Source of the DNA: the human T2T-CHM13v2.0 reference genome, Homo sapiens
Assembly: GCF_009914755.1 (NCBI RefSeq)
Contig: NC_060926.1
Direction: 5' to 3' (one strand)
DNA: 64,000 nt
Position 1 is the stretch's first letter, and each line of letters begins with the position of its first letter. Below are positions 50,681 through 62,947 of this stretch, piece by piece. The position numbers and the translations under genes were made by a program. The notes under the pieces were generated by a model. The model made no database searches. It was given only the letters and a program-made list of their open reading frames with translations, and was not told the origin of the DNA.

Positions 50681-52330
50681 ATGATTAGACCTCAAAATGC
50701 TAAGGATTCTACTGCTAATGGTATGCAGAACACTGAGAATCCTTGGTATGAATGGTTCAGAGAGTTACACAAAATAAATGCATTTGACACTCCTGATTCA
50801 TTGCTCGTGAGAGGCAAGGAGTTTGTTGACTCTATACATAACACCTTTGACCATATGTGGAGAACCCAGGAACATAATGAAGCTGGTTGGTTCCTCCTAA
50901 GTTCACTGGACAAAGTGATGAAAGAAAATGATGAACTCAGAGATTCTAACTCCTGCCTTCAGAAGCAGATACTGAGCCTCAAATCTAAGATTGCCCTGAG
51001 TCAGAGTCTTATTTCCTGTAGAGAAAGAGCTGACATTGTGGCAAATCAAACAGAAGCTCTTATCATGTGAGTGGCTAAACTGCAACTTAACGTGCATGCA
51101 CAGCCTCACCAAGTGTCTACTGTTAAAGTGAGGGCATTGATTGGAAAAGAATGAGGCCCTGAAACTTGGAATGGGGACATGTGGGAGGACCCTGATGAAG
51201 CTGGGACACTGAGCTTATAAACTCCGATGAACCTTTCTTGCCAGAAGAAACAGCTTCCCCATCCCCTGTAGTGGCAACATCCCCTCCCTGACTCATGCTG
51301 CCATCAGCCTTCCCACTTTTGTCTGAGGAGATAAAACCTGTGCTACCTGAGGCAACAGTGATGGCCACCCCGAGGCAATTGCTAGGCAAGATAATGTTGA
51401 TTCTCCTCAGGAACCAACCCCAACACCCTTGTTTGCTTCTAGACCTGTAACTTGACTAACGTCTTGGCAGGCCCCTAGAGGTGAGGTTGAGAGTCTGATC
51501 CATGAGGAGGTGTGTGACACTTGAAAAGAACTGCTCGATGTTTGTAATTTATATAAACAGAAATCTGGAGAACAGGCATGGGAATGGATATTAAGGGTGT
51601 GAGATAATGTTGGAAGGAACATAGAGTTGGGTCAGGCTGAATTTATTGATTTGGGCCCTCTAAGTAGGGATTCTGCATTTAATCTTGCAGCTCAGGGAGT
51701 TACACAAGGTTCTAATAGTTTATTTGCTTGGTTAGCTGAAACATGGATTAAAAGATGGCCTACTGTGAGTGAGCTGGAAATGCCTGCTCTCCACTGGTTT
51801 AATGTAGAGGAAGGGATGCAAAGGCCTAGGGAGATTGGGATGGTGAAGTGGATTAGCCACTGTAGACCTACTTATCCCCGTTGGAGGGTCCAGAAGATAT
51901 ACCTCGACCAATGCTTTATGAAATAGATTTGTGAGGGTAGCACCTGCATTTTTGAAGAGCCCTGTAATTGCTCTTCTCTGTAGATCAGATCTAGCAGTGG
52001 AAACCACAGTCATTCAACTACAAAATTTAAATACAATGGGAACAATTGTATCCCGAGGTGGTAGGGGCCAAGCAGTGTCAAAGGCAAGGTGGGCATAGCT
52101 ACTGTAATGGACAGCAGAGGCAAAGCAGCAATCAGAAGAGTCTCTGGCATTGGCTAATTAATCACAGTCTTCCTAGAAGTGAAATTGTTAGGAAGCCTAC
52201 TGCATTCCTACTTAATTGATAAAAGCAGAAAATGTCCTGGTCAAATGGACAAAAGACAAATTTGAATTAGAAAAACAGAGTATGACAGACCCTCAATCAA
52301 TTTCCAGACTTGAGCCAGTTTACAGACACA
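50681..52330 (+). pseudogene. gag: HERV-L gag, disrupted; N-terminal 129-aa frame open (50681-51070)
   Basis: PWYEWFRELHKINAFD...AGWFLLSSLDKVMKENDELR; QAEFIDLGPLSRDSAFN...SLFAWLAETWIKRWPT; many stops and frameshifts. Confidence 0.85.
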
Positions 52331-52439
52331 AAACCCCTTGAATGAAGGTGAGACTAGGTCCTTCCTCAAGGGGACATTTGATTTGCCACAGTTTCAAGGT
52401 CCTGACAATTTACACGTTAATCTTTCTCCCATCCTTCCC

Positions 52440-55215
52440 CAAGGAGACCTCCGGCCTTTTACCAGGGTAACTGTACACTGGGGAAGGGGAAATAATCAGA
52501 CATTTTAGGGACTAATGGACACTGGCTCTGAACTGAGGTTGATTCCAGGAATCCAAAACGTCATTGTGGTCCTCCAGTTAAAGAAGGTCATGTAATTAAT
52601 GAAAGCTCAGGTCTGACTTACAGTGGGTCCAGTGGGTGCCTGGACTCATCCTGTGGTTATTTCCCCAGTGCCAGATGTGTAATTATCAGAGATATACTTA
52701 GCAGCTGGCAGAACCCCCATGTTGGCTCCATGACTGGGAGGGTGAGGGCTGCTATGATGGGAAAGGCCAAATGGAAGCCATTAGAGCTGCCTTTACTTAG
52801 AAAAATAGTAAATAAAAAACAATATCATATCCCTGGAGGAACTGTGGAGATTAGTGCCACCATCAAAGACTTGAAAGACCCAGGGGTGGTGATTTCCACT
52901 ACATCCCCATTCAACTCTCCTATTTGGCCTGTGCAGAAGACAGGTGGATCTCGAAGAATGTTGGTGGATTATCATAAGCTTGACTAAGTGGTGACTCCAA
53001 TTGCAGCTGCTGTACCAGATATGGTTTCATTGCTTGAGCAAATGAACTCATCTCCTGGTACCTGGTATGCAGCCATTGACTTGGCAAATGCCTTTTTCTC
53101 CATTCCTGTCCATAAGCCCCACCAGAAGCAATTTGCCTTCAGCTGGTAAGGCCAGCAATATACCTTTACTGTCCTACCTCAGGGGTATATCAACTCTCTG
53201 GCTTTGTGTCATAATCTGATTCAGAGAGAACTTGATTGCTTTTTGCTTCTGCAAGATATCACACTGGTCCATTGCACTGATGACATTGTGTTGATTGGAC
53301 CCAGTGAGCAAGAAATAGGAAAAACACTGGACTTATTGGTGAGACATTTGCATGCCAGAGGATGGGCAATAATTCCGGGACCTTCTACCTCAGTAAAATT
53401 TCTAGGGGTCCAGTGGTGTGGGGCCTGTTGAGATATTCCTCCTAAGGTGAAGGATAAGTTGCTGCATTTGGCCCCTCCTACTACCAAGAAAGAAGCATAA
53501 TGCCTAGTGGGCCTATTTGGATTTTGGAGGCAACACATTCCTCATTTGGGTGTGTTACTCCAGCCCTTTCATTAAGAGACCTGAAAGGCTGCCAGTTTTG
53601 AGTGGGGTTCAGAACAGGAGAAGGTTCTGAAACAGGTCCAGTCTGCTGTGCAAGCTGCTCTGCCACTTGGGCCATATGACCCAGCAGATCCATTGGTGCT
53701 TGAGGTGTCAGTGGCAGATAGGGATGCCGTTTGGAGCTCCTGGCAGGCCCCCACTAGGTGAATTATAGCAGAGGCCTCTAGGATTTAGGAGCAAGTCTCT
53801 GCCATCTTCTGCAGATAACTACTCTCCTTTTGAGAGACAGCTCTTTGTCTATTACTGGGCTTTGGTGGAAACTGAATGTTTGACTATGGGTCTTCAAGTC
53901 ACCATGTGACCTGAACTGCCTATCACGAACTGGGTGCTTTCTGACCCATCTAGCCATAAAGTGGGTCATGCACAGCAGCATTCCATCATCAAATGGAGGT
54001 GGTATATACGTGATTGGGTTCAAGCAGGTCCTGAAGGCACAAGTATGTCACATGAGGAAATGGTTCAAATGCCCATAGTCTCCACTCCTGTCACCCTGCC
54101 TTCTCTCCCCAAGCCTGCACTGATGGCCTTATGAGGAGTTGCCTATGATCAGTTGACAGAGGAAGAGAAGACTAGGGCCTGGTTTACAGAAGGCTCTGAA
54201 TGATATGCAGGCACCACCCGAAAGTGGACAGCTGCAGCACTACAGCCCCTTTCTAGGATATCTCTGAAGGACAGTGACAAAGGGAAATCTTCCCAGTAGG
54301 CAGAACTTGGAGCAGTTCACCTGGTTGTGCACTTTGCATGGAAGAAGAAGTGACTAGATGTGTAATTATATACTGATTCATGGGCTGTAGCCAATGGTTT
54401 GGGTAGATGGTCAGGGTCTTGGAAGAAGCATGATTGGAAAATTGATGAGAAATAAATTTGGGGAAGAGGTATGTGGATGGACCTCTCTGAGTGGTCAAAA
54501 ACTGTGAATATATTTGTATCCCACGTGAGTGCTCACCAGCAGGTGACCTCAGCAGAGGAGGATTTTAATAAGCGAATAGGATGACCCATTCTGGGGATAC
54601 CACTCAGCCTCTTTCCCCAGCCACTCCTGTCATCGCCCAATGGGCCCTGAACAAAGTGGCCACGGTGGCAGGGATGGAGGTTACACATGGGCTCAGCAAC
54701 ATGGACTTGCATTCACCAATACTGATCTGGCTACGGTCAATGCCAAGGTGACCAATTTGCCAGGAAACAGAGACCAACACTGAGCCCTCGATATGACACC
54801 ATTCCTTGGAGTAATCAGCCAGCTCCCTGGTGGCAGGTTGATTATACTGGACCTCTTTCATCATGGAAAGGGCAGAGGTTTGTCCTCACTGGAATGGAAA
54901 CTTACTTCAGATTGGGTTTGCCTATCCTGTGTGCGATGCTTCTGCCAAGACTACCATCCGTGGACTCTTGGAATGCCTTATCCGCTGTGATGGTATTCCA
55001 CACAGCATTGCCTCTGACCAAGGCGCCCACTTTATGGCTAAAGAAGTGTGGCAGTGGGCTCATGCTCATGGAATTCACGGGTCTTACCATGTTCCCCCCA
55101 TCATCCTGAAGCAGCTGGATTGACAGAATGGTGGAATGGCCTTTTGAAGTCACAATTACAATGCCAACTAGGTGACAATACTTTGCAGGACTAGGGCAAA
55201 GTTCTCCAGAAGGCT
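52440..55215 (+). pseudogene. pol: HERV-L pro-pol (protease, RT, RNase H, integrase), disrupted
   Basis: LMDTGSE (DTG at 52518-52526); [21 protein letters not shown]; YxDD mutated to CTDD (53273-53284); WFTEGS; IASDQGAHF; many stops. Confidence 0.92.
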
Positions 55216-55740
55216 GTGTATGCTCTGAATCAGTGTCCAATATATGGTCCTGTTTCTCCCATAGCCAGGATTCACAGGTCCAGGAATCAAGAGGTGGAAG
55301 TGGAAGTGGCACCACTCACCATCACCCCTAGTGATCCCCTAGCAAAATTTTTGCTTTCTGTTCCCGTGACATTACGTTCTGCTGGCCTAGAGGTCTTAGT
55401 TCCAGGGGAAGGAATGCTGCCACCAGGGAACACAAGGACAATTCCATTAAACTGGAAGTTAAGATTGCCACCTGGACACTTTGGGCTCCTCCTAACTTTA
55501 AGTCAAGAGGCTAAGAACGGAGTTACAGTGTTGGCTGGGGTGATTGACCTGGACTATCAAGATGAAATCAGTCTACTACTCCACAATGGGGGTAAGAAAG
55601 AGTATGCAAGGAATACAGGAGATCCATTAGGGCGTCTCCTAGTATTACCATGCCCTGTGATTAAGATCAATGGGAAACTACAACAGCCCAATCCAGGCGG
55701 GACTACAAATGGCTCAGACCCTTCAGGAATGAAGGTTTAG
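55216..55740 (+). pseudogene. HERV-L integrase C-terminus plus dUTPase-like domain, open for 174 codons
   Basis: SAGLEV (motif 1-like), LRLPPGHFGLL, GVIDLDYQDEI (motif 3), GDPLGRL (motif 4-like); GTG start, first in-frame ATG at 55414. Confidence 0.85.
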
Positions 55741-56191
55741 ATCACTCTACCAGGAAAAAAAACCAAGGCCTGCTGAGGTGCTTGCTGAAGGCAAAGGGAA
55801 TACAGAATGGGCAGTAGAAGAAGGTAGTCATCAATACCAGCTATGACCACCTGACCAGTTGCAGAAATGAGGATTGTAATTGTCATGAGTATTTCCTCCT
55901 TCTTTTGTTAAAAACATGTTTGTATATGTGTGCACTTGTACTAAGAAAATATCTTCATTTTATTTCCTTTTTCCTTTATCATGTGACATAAGATTTATTG
56001 ACATCATATCGGCATTTAAGTACTGTTAACTTTATGTAATACCATTTGGTTTGGGGATTGGTGCATTTCCAGTTGTATAAAGGATGGTTGTATTATGTTA
56101 GGCATAATTATGATCTTATTATTGTCTTTATTTGAAGATTATGTATGATCTCCAGAGATGTGTATGGGTTCAAGTTGACAAAGGGTAGACT

Positions 56192-56632
56192 TGTGATGGT
56201 TAATACTGAGTGTCAACTTGATTGGATTGAAGGAAGCAAAGTATTGATTCTGGGTGTGTCTGTGAGGGTGTTGCCAAAGGAGATTAATGTTTGAGTCAGT
56301 GGACTGGGAAAGGTGGACCCACCCTTAACCTGGATGGGCAAAATCTAATCAGTGGCCAGTGTGGCTAGAATATAAAGCAGGCAGAAAAACGTAAAAAGGC
56401 TAGAGTGGTTAGCCTCCCAGCCCATATCTTTCTCCTGTGCTGGATGCTTCCTGCCCTTGAACATTGGGCTCCATGTACTTCAGCTTTGGGACTCAGACTG
56501 GCTTCCTTGCTCCTCAGCTTGCAGACAGCCTATTGTGAAACCTTGTGATTATGTGAGTTAATACTACTTAATAAACTCCTATATATATAGAACTAATAGG
56601 AGATATATATATATATATATATATATTTCCTA

Positions 56633-56676
<44 letters not shown>

Positions 56677-56711
56677 CTATTAGTTCTATCCCTCTAGAGA
56701 CCCCTAATACA
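56192..56711 (+). promoter_or_regulatory. 3' LTR (MLT2A) of HERV-L with (TA)n/(TC)n expansion
   Basis: tgtgatggttaatactgagtgtcaacttgattggattg; AATAAA at 56570-56575; ends ctaataca. Confidence 0.93.
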
Positions 56712-57056
56712 TATGTATACACACATGTGCACACACACATAGGTAATTCCTCCCCATCTAAAGCATACCAACCAAACCATTCTCTGGATGTTATTAAAAA
56801 TAACTAGAATGAACAATTGTTTTATTACCAAATAGCATGTGTAATAGGCATAGGGAAATTAATGTTTTCCAGCTGGCTTAAGGGAACTTGGATCAAGCCC
56901 GTGTTAAAGGAAGAAGAAAACAGGCATGAGTCTAGCCAGAAGGAGACCAGAAAAGGTAAGCCTATTGTTGTCTCTCACATGGCGGACAAGCTCCTGACCA
57001 GCTGGCTGGACAAGAGGACCTACATATTTTGAAGATATTTTCAGACTGAAAGATAG

Positions 57057-57390
<334 letters not shown>

Positions 57391-57879
57391 AAATCAAACC
57401 TTTTAAGAGTCCCCTGGAAATTTCTGGAGTCTGGTGAAACTCATGCATGGGCCTGGGACCGTGGTGAAAATGGATGTAAAAGGCACTTTCACGAGTCTCC
57501 TTGAATAGCTATTCACCTTCTGCTCTGTGATTGTCAGAGGTGGGTGACTCAAGGAACTGGCTGTTTTTTTTCAGACCATGTGAAAGTTCTGTTTGGGCAA
57601 AGCACCATGTACTACACATTTTATGCAATTATTAGTTACATGCAGAAAGCTGATTAGTCATGTTAAAAGGCCAGTCATGTCAAAAAGACTTATTTTGGTC
57701 AATAAAGCAAGTAACTCCAATTTAGTTCTCTGTTCGTTGAGTAATATCTGGATAGTTTTTGCTTCACTTCAGGAAGAATTTAAATATTACACAAGATAAT
57801 CCAGTCTCCTGGATGTTGAAATTAGCACTGAGAGTCAGGCTGGAACCTCAAGTTGGGGGGTTTGTAGGTTTGCGTGTGC

Positions 57880-58085
57880 TTTAAATCCTTAGATAAAGGA
57901 TTTAAATACCAGTCTCTTTACTTATTAGCTGTGAGACTTTGGCCACTTAATCATCTTGTTTCTCCATCTGTGAGGTGGGCATGCTAATAGCACCTACTTC
58001 ATTGAGTTGTTAAGTAAATTAATCTGCACAAAGTGTTTAAATTCTCCCTGAAACACAGTAAATGCTATGGAAGTGTTAGTCATTG
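57880..58085 (+). mobile_element. MIR
   Basis: acttattagctgtgagactttggccacttaatc...tttctccatctgtgaggtggg...aatagcacctacttca. Confidence 0.75.
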
Positions 58086-58878
58086 TTATTCAGAACTTAG
58101 CAGAATAGAATAAATACCCCTCCATGAAGAAAGCAAAAACACAAAAACAGTTTTGAGACTCCAGGGTTCACACCCATACAAATGGGCCTCAGGGAGCCAT
58201 GTACCTAGGATTCTGGAGTATTCTATGGGGAAAGGTGCCTTTGAAAGTTGAAAGCAGTCGTGAGGCTTTTGGTCAAGAAACTGAAGTTCCACCAGTGGTG
58301 TTTATCTCCTTTTCAGGAAGATGCTTGGCAACAACCAGTTTGTATGAATAGTACCATCAAGGATGACATATTTCCCAGATCCTTTAAATCAAGTCAAGGA
58401 TATGTGTTTTACTATAGTGCTAACCATGATAGTTATAAATAATTAGAAAAAGGGAACTGTTTCACAGATGGAACTCTATTTACCATTGACCTTAATTATT
58501 TGTTAGTTTTTATAAAGACTCGCTGCCACCTTTGTAGCGTCTGAGCTGGAGGGGAGTTCTGTTTATGATTGAGGGACTTCAATTCTCTTGTTTTCAAAAA
58601 GTGTGCAAATCACTCTCTCACTTTCTTCTGCTTTCTTTTTTGTTATATTTTAAAATATAGACCCAGCATACATAAACCAAAATTCATGACACACTGAAGT
58701 TGTAAAGCATGACTGTCATGAACACTTGTAAACCCATCACCTTCCCAAGGGCTAGAACTTACCTTAGTCTCTGTCCTCCATCTCATACCCACTCTCCTGC
58801 CAGCCCCTTGGAGCTGGACTCTGAATTGTATGTTTATTATCTACTTGCCCTTTTCAATGGTTTTATCACATATGTATT

Positions 58879-59271
58879 TGTTGTGTGTTGAATTTTGTTC
58901 CTCCCCACATTCTTACTTCCTGTATCTCAGAATGTGACCTCACTCAGAGATAGGGGCTTTATAAAACTAATCAAGTTAAAGTGGGGTCATTAGTGTGGAT
59001 CCCAATCTGATATGACTGGAGTCCTTATCAAAAGGGGAAATTTGGAGACACAGGAATTATAGGGAGAGCATCATGGGAACGTTGAGATGGCCATCACAAG
59101 CCGATGAGAGAGACTTGGACCAAATCCTCCCCTCAACCTCAGAAGGAAGCAGCCCTGACAACACCTTGATCCTCAGACTTCTGGCCTCCAGAACTGTGGG
59201 ATGATAGATTTCTGTTTTTTAAGCCACCTCGTATGTGGTACTTTGTCATGGCAACCCTAATGCAGTAGTAC
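58879..59271 (+). mobile_element. MLT1B-like MaLR LTR inserted in an old L1 fragment (about 58640-59400)
   Basis: ctcagaatgtgacct...tgactggagtccttatcaaaaggggaaatttggagacac...acaccttgatcctcagacttctggcctccagaactgtg. Confidence 0.9.
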
Positions 59272-60536
59272 GTAAGTCTAAAAACACGTTTTCTTTTGTT
59301 TATTTCTGAGCACCATAAACATGGTGAAACATATCTTCTGGGACTTGCTTTTCTCACTCAACATTGTGTTTTTAAGATTCACCTATGTTGTCATATGTCT
59401 GATGCTCTATTTGTAAAGCTACTGGAATTTATTTTCCTCTTCATTGTCGTTTGAGTGGGCACTGTTTTATTAAAAACTTTATCAGCCTTTCTGTCTCTAA
59501 ATTCTTCACTAACCATCAAGTATTATTTAACCAGTGTGATCTGAGCTGAGTTGGAGGAGTGTTTCCAGTTTCTCTTTTTTCCTACTTAACTTCCTTCTTC
59601 CCTTGCTTTCTTTCCACACCAGAGCTCTGCTCTTTTGGATTTCTAAAAAATTTCCAGGATTGAGGTCAAGATTGTTGGTTTTTCTTCATCAGTTTACCTA
59701 CATGGAGATGGCTCATAGGAAAGAGAGATGCACTGCAACCCAAGGACTTCCGGAAAGCAAATAGAATCCTGAAACTGTAAAAGCACATGTGAGAGGAGAA
59801 GGAGGCCTGGGGAACACGTGTGTCTCACCTCTGGACCCAGAGAGGCAGGAGTAGGTTTTCTAATGGGGGCTTTCTGATTCCTTGCTATTATACTTCACCT
59901 CCCGGTGAGGCATGTCTGTGAGCTGTTGATGCTTGAGTGCGTTCTCCCATGTGCCTTAGTATAGATGGGAGATCATAAAATTAGGTCCATAGATACCAAT
60001 ACAAATGGAACACCATGATCAATGAAAAAGGTGTTATAGATCAAACATTGATATTTTCCTTATTTGATTAAATAACCTGTCACTTTACCCAGCAGATAAT
60101 CATTATTTTAATAAAATGAGATTTATGATACTCATAATCTGTTTATTGAATTCATATAAAATTATTGAAAAGTGATATAGCGTAACTCATCCTTTTCTTT
60201 AAAATATAAATATTCAGTGTTTATATCCTTCAAATGAAAGGGAATGTTCTCAGACCTGGCAATGAATATCATTAACTTCTATCTCACATTATATACCGGC
60301 TAAATAATTGAGAAACTTCTTTAATAAAGGCGGTGCAAACTGCGGAGGCTGTGGAGACTGAATTACGAGTTTTAATAACCACGATTGCAAATATTTGCAT
60401 ATTCAACTTGTTCAGACGTTATTGATTTGTTTGCCCTCTACACATGTGGAAAATAGATTTGAAAGCATGATAATAGGCCTGCACTTCTCTATCGATATTA
60501 TTTTAGGTTTGGGGGAAGGAATCTAGCTCCAAGGCA

Positions 60537-60575
60537 GGGGCAGGGAGGGTGGGGGGGGGCGGGCACTGGAAGTGA
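60537..60575 (+). promoter_or_regulatory. G-quadruplex motif overlapping a GC-box, with adjacent ETS core
   Basis: GGGG-ca-GGG-a-GGG-t-G9-c-GGG followed by cactGGAAGTG. Confidence 0.45.
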
Positions 60576-61299
60576 CAGCAGGGAGCGCTCCCAGCAGGCA
60601 GGTGGGATGGAGGCTGCAGATTCCCCCAGACCAGCTTCCCACCCACCCACAGCTCTCAGGCGGCCTGAGGCAGGTGGAACTCACCCTTGATTTCTTAACA
60701 ATTGACATCACGTTGATCACTGACTGAATTGATACTGAAAATGAAATCACTCTGGGCTTTGTTCCTTCCTTCAGCCTACAGCTAGTGCCTAGTCAATGGC
60801 ACCATGCCCCCATGCAGAATGACCTGCTAATGTGGCTTTCTCGTGTTTACTCCTCCATTTAATCCAGTGCCCCACTCCCACCCCCAACAGTCGCCAGGCC
60901 ACGGGAGCTCAGTTGATGGGATAAAGCCACTCATACTGTATCCAGACTTAGAGACGGCCAATGACACTGACCGGACAGGCCCCTCCTGATCCTTTATCAC
61001 CTGTCCCTGGCCTGGCCTTCCAGCCCCCACTATGGCCACAGGCCATGTGGGTGCTGGCTCCTGTGGTCTCCCCCCCCCAGAAGACTTTCCTCTGCTCTTC
61101 CCTTTCTCTTGGTGAGTTCAGACTTCCCACATCCACGTCATTACTACATAGCCCATCATAGAAAAAAATGTTTAAAGGATTTTAGGTAATTTGAATTTTC
61201 CCAAAGTATATCACAATGAGAATGGTTCCTTTATTCAAAGTATAGTAACAATTGAATACTGTATATACAGGAAATAGAAGGGAAACCCAAGGAGGTTTT

Positions 61300-61511
61300 T
61301 TTTTTATTTTTTAATTTTACTCTAAGTCCTGGGATACATGTGCAGAACATGCAGTTTTGTTACATAGGTATACATGTGCCATGGTGGTTTGCTGTACCTA
61401 TCAACCAGTCATCTAGGTTTTAAACCCCACGTGCATTAGGTATTTGTCCTAATCCTCTCTCTCCCCTTGCCCGCGACCCCCTGATAGGCCCTGGTGTGTG
61501 ATGTTTCCCTC
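61300..61511 (-). mobile_element. Short 5'-truncated L1PA (L1PA8/10-like) 3' end
   Basis: ctgggatacatgtgcagaacatgcag...tgccatggtggtttgctg...catctaggttttaa; 16-bp TSD aacccaaggaggtttt / aacccagggaggtttt. Confidence 0.93.
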
Positions 61512-62245
61512 AACCCAGGGAGGTTTTAATTATAAGTTTAAAGATGATTATCTAGTTATACACATAGATTTTTTGGGGTAATATGATTTATTAAAATGGT
61601 ATAAAACCATAAAACATTTTCATATTGTGTGATAACTAAGTTATTAACAGATGAACATCCTTCCCATGCCGAGCTGCTGCAGAGCTCTTACCAATTTACT
61701 TGGAGTAGAAACCAACTTTCTATCTCACGGTGATCTTTTCTGTTGTCTTATGGGGAGGGAGTTGTCACAGATAGGCTAGATTGTGTAATACACTTGCAGT
61801 TAGACTGCCAGGTTTTCTTCTTAAATTTCCAACGTGCATCCTTTCCTCAGTTAGCATTAGCACTTTCTTTCTTTTCTTTTTTCCTATAGCAGTCTTGGAA
61901 TAAAGATGAAAATACTTTGTACAATTCGTGATGCAGTGGAAAGAAGAGGCCCTCAGTGCTGTGAACCACAATTCAGTTATTAATAAATGGTTCTATGGGA
62001 ACAGGAATGGTTCCACTGGATTAATCCTATTAATTATGGGTGGAAAGCCTACCATGTAAAATTGGATTATGATCATTTTTATTAAAAATGAGAATAAATT
62101 GAAGAATGAAGCAGCAATTTCAGAATTAGGTCATGGAGGAATCTAATGTTTTCCCTTGGGGGGTGAGGAGGAGTAGCCTGGTCAGGGCTGGAAGCCACAG
62201 GAGAGGAGCCCTTCTTAGAGGTCAGGTCAGTCCTTCCTGGGTCTT

Positions 62246-62947
<702 letters not shown>

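Larger units (their letters stand above)
50149..56711 (+). mobile_element. Near full-length HERV-L provirus (LTR-gag-pro-pol-dUTPase-LTR, no env), 6563 bp
   Basis: Paired MLT2A LTRs; perfect 5-bp TSD TATGT (50144-50148 / 56712-56716); Leu PBS; recognisable gag/pol/dut translations. Confidence 0.97.

Noticed and set aside
50149-56711. Replication-competent or env-containing retrovirus
   Set aside because: Many stops and frameshifts, mutated RT and RNase H motifs, and no env between dut and the 3' LTR
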